DNA of 64,000 nucleotides from Octopus sinensis (Eukaryota), in assembly GCF_006345805.1 (NCBI RefSeq), contig NW_021835965.1, positions 1 through 64,000 on the forward strand. Reading direction: 5' to 3'. This document shows, in pieces, positions 12,176 through 23,819 of the stretch. The notes under the pieces are model-generated. The model saw only the letters and a program-made list of their open reading frames with translations. It searched no databases and had not been told where the DNA came from. Within the stretch, counting starts at the first letter, position 1, and the number at the start of each line of letters is the position of its first letter. The translations under genes and the position numbers were made by a program.

Positions 12176-12373
12176 AAGAAATGAGGTACTCAGAAATCTG
12201 GATGGTTTTATATTTACAGATATTTATTAGTATGTCACATGTTTTTATCAATCATATATCATATATTAGCGCTTTCGTCCATATATATGCTATATGATTT
12301 ATAAAAACATGTAACATACTAATAAATGTTTGTAAATATAAAACCATCCAGATTTCTGATTACCTCATTTCTT
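12176..12373. repeat. AT-rich fold-back palindrome (~90-bp arms), MITE-like
   Basis: aagaaatgaggtactcagaaatctggatggttttatatttaca... mirrored by ...tgtaaatataaaaccatccagatttctgattacctcatttctt. Confidence 0.85.
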
Positions 12374-12454
12374 CTAATATATAATGCCTGTACATCATCT
12401 CCAAACCTTCTAATATATATATATATATATCTATATATATATATATATATATAT

Positions 12455-12715
12455 ATGGAAAAAATTTCAAGGTAGAAAATGCTAAAATAATTTTGTAAAA
12501 AGCATTTTAGTACCGGTTCCAATCATTGAGACTTTTTCAACTGTAAGTATAAAAAGCAATTAAATTTGGGAAAAATTAAAAGAAAAGATTTTTAAAGAAT
12601 ATTTGCATAATCTTCAAATACAAGTAGCATTCTCCTTGTTTCTGCCTGTTTCTTATCTCTCTTGTGTACTCTTGCGGGTTCGAGGTCGTTGTGAATTCTT
12701 GGTAGGAAAGAAGAG
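12455..12715 (-). mobile_element. Unclassified dispersed repeat (second copy at 49997-50255)
   Basis: Shared gaattcacaacgacctcgaaccc and atgcaaatattctttaaaaa...ggtactaaaatg...ttttagcattttctaccttga; bounded by (TA)n and (GAA)n-like tracts in both copies. Confidence 0.75.
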
Positions 12716-13371
12716 GAAGGAGAAGAAGGGGAGGAGGAGGAAGTGATGGAGAAGAAGAAGAAGAAAAAAGGGAAGAGGAGGAGAAGGAAAAAGAGAAGAA
12801 GATATATATATATATCACTGTGTGTATGTATATGTGTGTGCGCTTGTGCATGTGTCTGTGTTTGTGTGTGTTTGTAAACAGATGTAGATCGATAGATTGG
12901 TAGATGTGATGGATGGTGTTGGTCTCTCCTATCATAGACGACCGATGGGGGTTCCACAATTTCTTACTGAACAACCTGCACACATGATTTGCTTATTGTG
13001 ATCAAATATCTGTTCAGTACAATTGGGAAGAGAGGGAGGGAGAAAGATATATATAAAAATATAGACAGATAGATAGATAGATATAAAAGGATAGATAGTT
13101 AGATATACATATATGCTTATATATTCATATATTTACATGTATACATGTGTGAATATAACTTCTACCAAATATGTTAAGTGCCACTCAAACTAACACGGTA
13201 CGCTAAATGTCAGATGTCGAATAGATCGCAGAGCAATATGAAACGAAATGTTTTGCTCAAGAATAAGACACACCTGATCTGAGAATCGAAACTTAGATGT
13301 TTCGACTATGGATTCAACACTCTAACTACTAGGCCACGTACCCTCATTTCGGTAGATATAAAGATAAACGT

Positions 13372-13674
13372 CGCCCTTTTCAAGCCTAGCCAGGCTCATG
13401 GGCCCGGTTTTCCGGTTTCTATGGCGTATGTGTTTCCCCTAGCTGGACGGGACGCCAGTCCATTGCAGCGTTACTCAAGAAACAGGAAGAGAGGCTGAGA
13501 GAAAGTTGTGCCGAAAGAGTACAACAGGGGTTGCTACCACCCACTGCAGGAGCCTCGTGGAGCTTTTAGTTTTTTTCGCTCAATAAACACACACAACGCC
13601 CGGTCTGGGAATCGAAACAGCGACCCTCCGACCGCGAGTCCGCTGCCCTAACCACTGGGCCATTGCGCCTCCAC
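13372..13674 (-). mobile_element. SINE with family B head and Meta/V-like domain
   Basis: Minus strand: ggaggcgcaatggcccagtggttagggcagcgg head, then gcaatggactggcgtcccgtccag and ccatagaaaccggaaaaccggg; domain name is from memory. Confidence 0.75.
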
Positions 13675-13703
13675 ACTTTGGTAGATATAGATATATGAAA
13701 ATA

Positions 13704-15242
13704 CAGAGTATCCCCTGAAACTGTACTCATTTTTTTAAATGACAATTAATGCATTGTTTATTGACTTAGAGACAACATTAATGGCTAAATGTATAAATGG
13801 ATAAATGCATGCTTAAAAATGTCCAAACTGGCGATCACCGTTTTCCAAACGGCGGATAACACGGATCAGTATATTCAACAACATTGCGAATCGTTTTATT
13901 TGGAACTGCGAGACATCGTCTTTCAATTTCTTTGACTGTTGCTGGTTTTGAGCCGTAAACCTTATTTTTGAGAAACCGCCACAAACAGCCGTCCATTGGA
14001 ATGAAGTCTGGGAAACACGCAGGGAATTCAAGATTACCTCTTCACCAAATCCATCTGTTCGGAAAAGCTGCATCGAGATAGGCCTTTACATCACGATGGT
14101 AGTTTCGAAGTGCACCATTTTGCTGAAAGTCTCTTCGATATGTGAAATGATAGATTCCTGCAGCAAGTTTAGCTAAACATTCCTAATGACAGTTTGGTTA
14201 AAAAAGAAGGGTGCTAGGGTGTCCACTGCTGATATTCCCATAGAAACATATGGATTTATAGGAGCCCAGTAGGTGCAAGCGTGTCTGTTAATTGAACAAT
14301 TTAACTTAAAGCTGGCCTCATCGCTTCAGACAATTTTGGATGGAAATTCTGCTTCTTCTTCGCATTTGCCCACATGCTAAGACCCCCTTCGGTCATAAAT
14401 GACCATGGGATTGCACCTAGAAAGTTATCCTCCCAGGCACAAGTCCGGGCAAGTTTGTTTATGGAAGACCAGCAGCCGCCCATGCATACCGGCCTCCTCT
14501 CTCCACGCCACCGATGTTATCCAAGGGAAAGACAAAGGCCGATACAGCTTGGCACCTGTGATGTCGCAACTCATTTCTACAGCTGAGTGAACTGGAACAA
14601 CGTGAAATAGTGTCTTGCTCAAGAACAACACGTAGCTCGGTCCAGGATTCGAACTCACAACCTCACTGTCGTAAGCTTGACGCTCTAACCACTGAGCCAC
14701 GTGCCTTGACATTTGCCCACATGCCCCTCTCAAATTTCAACTCTCCTGTCAGAATCGTCTTCCTTTAGAGCGTAGATTAATGTTGGAATGTAATTTTTTC
14801 AATGAATTCGCTTCAAAAAGCGATGGGTGCTTGATTTTGAGATTCGTATCTCACGAGACATTTGACGTGCAGACTTCTGTGGGCATTGGTGGAGGGCTCC
14901 AGCAACTGTTTTCCCTTTGGAGGGTTTCCAGCAATTGTTTTTCCTGTGGTCTTTCTCAAAGCTACTTATGGGGTCATGCATTGTTCCATCTGATTAAAAT
15001 TTAGCTCGGACTCGAGCAATGGTGCATCGCGTTGGTGCGTCTTCTTTAAAAATGTCCTTCTAAATTGTCATTGCACTTTATGATAAATTTTCTTTCTTCG
15101 AAACTTAGTCGTACTTCTGCCATCATTCGAGTCAATTTCATCTGAAAAGATGCGAAATATTCAGTGAGTTATGAATAGTTAAATTGCTTGTGGGTTTTAG
15201 TGCTTTATTACATTTTGTTAATGCGTTTTGGGGGACACTCTG
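13704..15242 (-). mobile_element. Decayed Tc1/mariner-superfamily DNA transposon with TIRs and TA TSD
   Basis: TA|cagagtatcccctgaaac ... gttttgggggacactctg|TA; broken minus-strand transposase with QKSARQMSREIRISKSSTHRFLKR, FQQNGA..HRDVKAYLDAAFPNRWI and PDFIPMDGCLWRFLKNKVY. Confidence 0.9.
14378..14709 (-). mobile_element. Full-length SINE nested in the transposon, 15-bp TSD
   Basis: TSD catttgcccacatgc at 14363-14377 and 14710-14724; tRNA-like head gtggctcagtggttagagcgtc...ttcgaatcc on the minus strand. Confidence 0.9.
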
Positions 15243-15679
15243 TACGTATACCAATGTATATATGTGCGTGTGTGTGAATATGCGTGTGCTAGAATATTCT
15301 AGCATTAAAAGTGATGACATAAAAGAAATATGCTGTACTGGATATTTGATAAATCTTCAGCTTAACATACGTTCTGTATATTTGATATAAGCTTGTTACA
15401 GCATGTGATATACCATCAGGTTATATTCTGCTGCATGTAGATTTACGGAAAGCAATATAGTTTGTCAATAATCAATGCAGCATGTATTCCAAACACATAT
15501 AATATAAATATCATTATGACCAATCCTATATATAAAGTTATGACTGCGAAACCTGTGTACGTCATAATATACATATTTTATTCAATGTACATTCACGACA
15601 CATTTATATTTAATATAAATGAATTACAATTTTCATGTACTAAAATATACATATTAACAATATACGTATATAATATGCT

Positions 15680-15975
15680 AGTGGGCAGACCGATCTTACG
15701 TTACAGGGATGTTTCCAAAAGGGATATGAAGGCCTGCAACATCAATATTAGCGGTTGGGAGGCAGTTGCCGGCAACCGTGGAGAATGGCGACGTACAGTA
15801 AAATAGGGAATACAAAAGAGTGACAGAGAGGGAGAGGAGAAATGGAAAGAAAGGAAGAGACGTAAACAAGAGACTATGGCACTACAACCAGCCAGGAACA
15901 GTCTTCGCTACATTTGCGGTACCTGCCAGAGGGAGTGTTTGTCCTGGATAGGACTACACAGCCACAGCAGGAAAT
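15680..15975 (+). pseudogene. RTE-clade LINE ORF C-terminal fragment
   Basis: GRPILRYRDVSKRDMKACNI..WEAVAGNRGEWR, then a stop, then CGTCQRECLSWIGLHSHSRKC (terminal zinc finger of RTE elements). Confidence 0.8.
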
Positions 15976-16138
15976 GTATCAGGACATGAAATATAAAAGC
16001 CGGACTAGACTACAAAAAAAAACAAACAAAAAAACCATGCGTAACTCCATTGTCTCCCGAGACAGAAAGGATGCCAATACAATAATATGCATTTCAAATT
16101 TGGCAGGGTACTTCATACATTGCTGTACATAAATAAGA

Positions 16139-17182
16139 CGTGAGTGCGCGTGGCTTAGTGGTTAGGGCATTCGCCTGACGATCGTAAAGTCGTGAGTTCA
16201 ATTCCCGGCGACGTGTTGTGTCCTTGAGCAAGACACTTTATTCTACGTTGCTCCAGTTCACTCAGCTGGCAAAAATTAGTTGTACCTGTATTTCAAACGG
16301 CCAACATGGTCACACTCTGTGTCACACTGAATCTCCCTGAAAACTACGTTATGGGTATGCATGTCTGTGGAGTGCTCAGCCACTTGCAAATTAATTTCAC
16401 GAGCAAGCTGTTCCGTGGATCGTATCAGACGTGAGGGCGCGTGGCTTAGTGGTTAGGACATTCGGCTGACGATCGTAAGGTCGTGAGTTCAATTCCAGGC
16501 GACGTGTTGTGTCCTTGAGCAAAACACTTTATTTCACGTTGCTCCAGTCCGGCAAAAATGAGTTGTACCTGTAATTGAAAGGGCCAGCATTGCCGCAGTG
16601 TGACACTCTGTGCCACACTAAATCTGCCTGAGAATTACGTTACGGGTGCACGTGTCTGTGGAGTGCTCAGCCACTCGCACGTTTATTTCACGAGCAAGCT
16701 CTTCCGCTGATCATATCAGCTGTGACCCTCATTTGTCGTGACCGGCGGAGTGCTTCATAAATTACACACTCCATCATTGAGTCTTCTTTTACTGCAATTG
16801 TAGTGGAGGCGCAATTGCCCAGTGGTTAGGGCAGCGGACTCGCGGTCGTAGGATCGCGGTTTCGATTCCCAGACCGGGCGTTGTGAGTGTTTATTGAGCG
16901 AAAACCCTAAAGCTCCACGAGGCTCCGGCAGGGGATGGTGGTGATCCTGCTGTACTCTTTCACCACAACTTTCTCTCGCTCTTACTTCCGTTTTCTGTTG
17001 TACCTGTATTTTAAAAGGGCCGCCTTGTCACTCTCTGTGTCACGCTGAATATCCTCGAGAACTACGTTAAGGGTACACGTGTCTGTGGAGTGCTCAGCCA
17101 CTTACACGTTAATTTCACGAGCAGGCTGTTCCGTTGATCGGATCAACTGAAACCCTCGTCATCGGAACCGACGGAGTGCTTC
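16139..17182 (+). mobile_element. Cluster of three co-oriented family B-related SINEs (16139-16430, 16430-16755, 16803-17182)
   Basis: Three tRNA-like heads (gtggcttagtggttagg twice, ggaggcgcaattgcccagtggttagg), each followed by the gtctgtggagtgctcagccac tail. Confidence 0.85.
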
Positions 17183-17719
17183 CATCCACTGAAATTGTAA
17201 GCCGTATCCTCGGCCGTTTTTCTTTGTTTGTTTTGTTTTTTTGCGAAAAATATACATTTCCATGTTTAATTAAGCAGGTCTTTTAGTACACATTTTTTGC
17301 ATGGCAGAATCTGTTTCCGCATATATTTCCTTCATCATTACTTCTTTCTTCAACTCGTATATATACATATAATGCACAAAGAAGTTTATTATAGAAGATA
17401 ATGATTATCATTCACGTATTTTCATCCTAAAAAAAGGTAGCTGCCATCTTTGTTCGTTCTACCAACGAACAGAGGGATACGAATATGTAACACACACACA
17501 CACACACATGTATACACACGCCCAATACATATATACACATACACACACACACATATATTCATACTCATATATGTTCATACACATGCATATATATATATAT
17601 AAATACACACACATCGGTATCTACTATGTATGTATAGAAATATATAATTGAATAATTCAGCAGGCTACGTACATCTGTATACATACATACATGCATGCAT
17701 GCATACATACATACATACA

Positions 17720-17753
<34 letters not shown>

Positions 17754-17828
17754 CATACATACATACATACATACATCATGTATGTACATTTAGATATATA
17801 TGTATATTCATATAAAATCACACACATA

Positions 17829-18199
17829 TGGAGGCGCAATGGCCCAGTGGTTAGGGCAGCGGACTCGCGGTCGTAGGATCGCGGTTTCGATTCCCAGACC
17901 GGGCGTTGTGAGTGTTTATTGAGCGAAAACACCTAAAGCTCCACGACAGGATAGTGGTGATCCCTGCTGTACTCTTTCACCACAAGTTTCTTTCACTCTT
18001 ACTTCCTGTTTCTGTTGTACCTGTATTTCAAAGGGCCGGCCTTGTCACTCTCTGTGTCACGCTGAATATCCCCGAGAACTGCGTTAAGAGTACACGTGTC
18101 TGTGGAGTGCTCAGCCACTTACACGTTAATTTCACCAGCAGGCTGTTCCGTTGATCGGATCAACCGGAACTCTCGTCGTCGTAACCGACGGAGTGCTTC
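17829..18199 (+). mobile_element. SINE family B, full length
   Basis: Same head and tail as 16803-17182; flanked by the acacacatat direct repeat (probable TSD). Confidence 0.85.
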
Positions 18200-19176
18200 C
18201 ATACACACATATATATCATCACATTTATATAAGCTCCATTCTGTATACACATCCATATATTCATACATACACATACATACATACATACATACATACATAC
18301 ATACATACATACATACATACATAGATGTATGTATGTATATGCATGCATGTGTATGAACATATGGATGTGTATACAGAATGGAGCTTATATGAATGTGATG
18401 ATATATATGTGTGTGATTTTATATGAATATACATATATATCTAAATGTACATATCCATATGTATATATATATATTATACATATATAATATATATATTAAA
18501 TATATATACATATATATATACATATATATATATATATACACACACACACATATGTATATACATATACATATATATATATATTACATATATATACATATAT
18601 ATATACACATAAAAAATACATATACACACACGCACACACAACACACACACACACACACACATATATATTATATATATATATATATATAATATATACATAT
18701 ACATATATTATAATATCTTTAAGAGGATGGGTACTAGAAGATCTTGTTATATTGTTGGACTTGGAAGTATTATTGTTCTGCACTAAACACTAAATTTTAA
18801 TTGAGAAATCTCAAAAATGTTTAATAAAAACATGATTAAACATGGACACAATCCTCTCTTTAATATAACGTTTTTAACAGAAAGATGATCCATTTACGCA
18901 TAGGCGCACACACAAATAAATACATTTGTGGGTATATGTGTGTACGTATTTATAGACGTTTGTATTCGTATCTCTGTCTCTATATATATGAGCTAGTGTA
19001 TGTGTTTATATGTCCGGTTGCATATATTTATATAAACGTGAATGATTATAGGCATATGTCTATATGTGTGTATGCATGATTGTGTGTGTGTGTTAATATA
19101 TGCGCGTGTGTGTGTGTATGTGTGTTTATTTGTGAATGTGTGCCGTTATATTTATTAACTTAAAATAGTACACACA

Positions 19177-19340
19177 AGCGCACGCGTGGCTCTGTGGTAA
19201 GAAGTTTGCTTCCCAACCACATGATCCAGGGTTCAGTTCCCTTGCGTGCTACCTTGAGCAAGTGTCTTTTACCATAACCTCGGGCTGACCAAAACCTTGT
19301 CAGTGGATTTGCTCGACAGAAACTTAAGGAAACCCATCGT
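19177..19340 (+). mobile_element. SINE family A, 5' part
   Basis: gtggctctgtggtaagaagtttgcttcccaaccacatg...gggttcagttccc. Confidence 0.7.
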
Positions 19341-19430
19341 GTGTGTGTGAGAGAGAGAGGGAGAGAGAAGGAGAGAAGGAGAGAGGTGTGAGTGCATATA
19401 TAATATATATATATAATATATATAATATAT

Positions 19431-19947
19431 ATTATATAAAAGGGCTTAGTAAAATAAATTACTTTGCCGCATACTGAACTCGTTAGAAATAGCAGCTAAA
19501 AAAACTATTTTATAACACTTAAAGAAAACCTCTCTCATATAGTGCTTGCTCAATTCAACCCAAGAAAGTATGAGGGTAGAGACATTAAAATCAAATGCAA
19601 AGGTTATTGAGTACGTAGTTTCAAGATTAGCCAAGTTCGACCCTTCTCTCATCAGCTCAGAATGCCCTGTTTGAGTTTGAAAACAGAAAATGGGAGCATA
19701 CCCTTTGGGCTTGTTATCGCTCTGAAGATCTGTTTCCCAATAACAGTGCTAGCTAACTCAAATATGCAAGAGAAAAAATTCCTGTTCTCCCCTTTCCACC
19801 AGCGTGGGTTAAAATCAGCAAACACTATCCTTTTTTTCGGTAAAATCCAAGACAATTAAGTAGAGAGAGATGAATTATAATTTCAACAATTGAGGGTAAA
19901 ATTAATTAATTAATTAATCAATTTCACCAAGTATTCAGTATGCAAAG
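19431..19947 (-). repeat. HHR array 2, left arm (~1 unit, ribozyme sense on the minus strand)
   Basis: Starts attatataaaagggcttagtaaaata directly after (TA)n; tcatcag (CUGAUGA reverse complement) at 19649-19655. Confidence 0.9.
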
Positions 19948-19952
19948 TATGC

Positions 19953-22745
19953 AAATTAATTAATTAATTAATTTTACCCTCAATTGTTGAATATAAATTA
20001 ATCTCTCTCTACTAATTGTCTTGATTTTACCGAAAAAAAAGGATGTGTTGCTGATTTTAACCCACGCTTGTGGAAAGGGGAGAACAGAAATTTTTCTTGC
20101 ATATTTGAGTTAGCTAGCACTGTTAGTTGGGAAACAGTCTTCAGAAGCGATAACAAGCCGAAAGGGTATGCTCACATTTTCAGTGTTTTCAAACTCAAAC
20201 AAGGGCATTCTGAGCTGATGAGAGAAGGTCGAACTTGGCTAATCTTGAAACGTACGTACTCAAATAACCTTGCATTTGATTTTTTATGTCTCTACCCTCA
20301 TACTTTCTTGGGTTGAATTGAGCAAGCACTATATGAGAGAGGTTTTCTTTAAGTGTTAGAAATAGTTTTTTTAGCTGCTATTTCTAACGAGTTCAGTATG
20401 CGGCAAAGTAATTTATTTTACTAAGCCCTTTTATATAATGTAATAATTTGAATTTGCCTTAAATGGTCCCTTTGCATATGAATACTTGGTGAAATTGATT
20501 AATAATTAATATTTTACCCTCAATTGTTGAAATATAATTCATCTCTCTCTACTTAATTGTCTTGGATTTTACCGAAAAAAAGGATAGTGTTTGCTGATTT
20601 TAACCACACGCTGGTGGAAAAGGGAGAGACAGAACAGAAATTTTCTTTGCATATTTGAGTTAGCTAGCACTGTTAGTTGGGAACAGATCTTCAGAAGCGA
20701 TAACAAGCCGAAAGGGTAGCTCCCATTTCAGTTTTTTCAAACTAAAAACAGGGCATTCTGAGCTGATGAGAGAAGGGTCGAACTTGGCTAATCTTGAAAC
20801 GTACGTACTCAAATAACCTTGCATTTGATTTTTTAATGTCTCTACCCTCATACTTTCTTGGGTTGAATGAGCAAGCACTATATGAGAGAGGTTTTCTTTA
20901 AGTGTTAGAAATAGTTTTTTTAGCTGCTATTTCTAACGAGTTCAGTATGCGGCAAAGTAATTTATTTTACTAAGCCCTTTTATATAATGTAATAATTTGA
21001 ATTTGCCTTAAATGGTCCCTTTGCATACTGAATACTTGGTGAAATTGATTAATAATTAATTAATTTACCTCAATTGTTGAAATTATAATTCATCTCTCTC
21101 TACTTAATTGTCTTGGATTTTACCGAAAAAAAGGATAGTGTTTGCTGATTTTAACCCACGCTGGTGGAAAGGGGAGAACAGAAATTTTTCTCTTGCATAT
21201 TTGAGTTAGCTAGCACTGTTAGTTGGGAACAGATCTTCAGAAGCGATAACAAGCCGAAAGGGTATGCTCCCATTTTCAGTGTTTTCAAACTCAAACAAGG
21301 GCATTCTGAGCTGATGAGAGAAGGGTCGAACTTGGCTAATCTTGAAACGTACGTACTCAAATAACCTTTGCATTTGATTTTTTAATGTCTCTACCCTCAT
21401 ACTTTCTTGGTTGAATTGAGCAAGCACTATGAGAGAGGTTTTCTTTAAGTGTTAGAAATAGTTTTTTTAGCTGCTATTTCTAACGAGTTCAGTATGCGGC
21501 AAATTAATTTATTTTACTAAGCCCTTTTATATAATGTAATAATTTGAATTTGCCTTAAATGGTCCCTTTGCATACTGAATACTTGGTGAAATTGATTAAT
21601 TAATTAATTAATTTTAACCCTCAATTGTTGAAATTATAATTCATCTCTCTCTACTTAATTGTCTTGGATTTTACCGAAAAAAAAAAGGATAGTGTTTGCT
21701 GATTTTAACCCACGCGGTGGAAAGGGGAGAACAGAAAATTTTCTCTTGCATATTTGAGTTAGCTAGCACTGTTAGTTGGGAACAGATCTTCAGAAGCGCG
21801 ATAACAAGCCGAAAGGGTATGCTCCATTTTCAGTGTTTTCAAACTCAAACAAGGGCATTCTGAGCTGATGAGAGAAGGGTCGAACTTGGCTAATCTTGAA
21901 ACGTACGTACTCAAATAACCTTTGCATTTGATTTTTAATGTCTCTACCCTCATACTTTCTTGGGTTGAATTGAGCAAGCACTATATGAGAGAGGTTTTCT
22001 TTAAGTGTTAGAAATAGTTTTTTTAGCTGCTATTTCTAACGAGTTCAGTATGCGGCAAAGTAATTTATTTTACTAACCCTTTTATATAATGTAATAATTT
22101 GAATTTGCCTTAAATGGTCCCTTTGCATACTGAATACTTGGTGAAATTGATTAATTAATTAATTAATTTTACCCTCAATTGTTGAAATTATAATTCATCT
22201 CTCTCTACTTAATTGTCTTGGATTTTACCGAAAAAAAGGATAGTGTTTGCTGATTTTAACCCACGCTGGTGGAAAGGGGAGAACAGAAATTTTTCTCTTG
22301 CATATTTGAGTTAGCTAGCACTGTTAGTTGGGAACAGATCTTCAGAAGCGATAACAAGCCGAAAGGGTATGCTCCCATTTTCAGTGTTTTCAAACTCAAA
22401 CAAGGGCATTCTGAGCTGATGAGAGAAGAAGGTCGAACTTGGCTAATCTTGAAACGTACGTACTCAAATAACCTTTGCATTTGATTTTTAATGTCTCTAC
22501 CCTCATACTTTCTTGGGTTGAATTGAGCAAGCACTATATGAGAGAGGTTTTCTTTAAGTGTTAGAAATAGTTTTTTTAGCTGCTATTTCTAACGAGTTCA
22601 GTATGCGGCAAAGTAATTTATTTTACTAAGCCCTTTTATATAATGTAATAATTGAAATTTGCCTTAAATGGGTCCTTTGCATACTGAATACTTGGTGATG
22701 AATTGATTAATTAATAATTAATTTTACCCTCAATTGTTGAAATTA
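19953..22745 (+). repeat. HHR array 2, right arm: ~5.1 tandem ~550-bp units
   Basis: ctgatga at 20215, 20763, 21311, 21865 and 22416, each followed by gaaacgtacgtactcaaat; ends ccctcaattgttgaaatt then (TA)n. Confidence 0.95.
21303..21362 (+). ncRNA. Representative array-2 type I hammerhead (canonical core)
   Basis: att(c)tgag-CUGAUGA-gaga..gtcg(aact)tggc..tctt-GAAAC-GUAC-GUA-ctcaaat; predicted cleavage after 21355. Confidence 0.85.
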
Positions 22746-23770
22746 TATATATATATATATATATGCGTGTGTGTGTGTGTGTATATACATATTTACATAT
22801 ATACATCTATATGCATAAAATAGAGTTTGTATGTGTATGTGTGAGTGCGTATGTTCCTTATGCATTCGAAAACTGAGATGCTGATTTTGACGTATGAGGT
22901 ATCAAAAGATTCAGTAATCTTTCGGCTAGCAAATGAACTTTATTTTCACTTACATATTTCTATTACAAAAATTTAACTTTATAATTTTTCTTTTAGTCAC
23001 CTATTGTAAATGACATATTATACCACCATCATAACGACGACGACGTCACATTTTCTATTTGAGTGTGTTTGCACATTCGTTACGTACGTTAGGCCGATGA
23101 ATGAGAAATATATATGTTTGACGGTATATGTGTCTGTCAGTATACATTCATTTTTGTAACAACTGATATATATATACACACACACACAAACAAACACACA
23201 CTCACGCACACACATATCTAAAGACAGCGACAGACAGACAGAGGGACAGAGATAGGTCTGTGGTGTGCGTGAATGTATGTTTGTGTGTGTCTGTCTCAGT
23301 ATGTGTATGTAGCTGTACCAACCGACAGTGAAAGAGTTTAGTTTAGTTTGTTGTACGTGGATAACAAATAATTCGGGAAAAGTTACAAATTAAGAAATTA
23401 CGATGGCGACGTAATGTGTTTTCTGGACAAATTCGTATTAACTCCTTTTATGCGATGAATCAATAAATAGTTTGTGATTCTTCTTAAAAACAGTAAGCAC
23501 TTTCATGCAAACCTATACAAATTGTACCCTCCCCTCTTCACTTTTAAACAAATAATAACTTCAATTACGCCAGTAATCCACTTCAATATATATCAGCTGT
23601 GTTGATTCTGTCCATAAGAAAGGAACAAATAATACAATGTGGCTGTAGGTCATAACAACTGGGCAACGCCGGGATGCATTGCTGGTGTGTGCGTATTAAT
23701 ATTTATATGCATATATATATATATATTTATAACGGTGTGTATTATTATATATATATATATATAATAGATA

Positions 23771-23813
<43 letters not shown>

Positions 23814-23819
23814 GTATAT

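Noticed and set aside
16803-16875. tRNA genes at SINE heads
   Set aside because: Each tRNA-like head continues into a SINE body, and I could not fold a complete cloverleaf.
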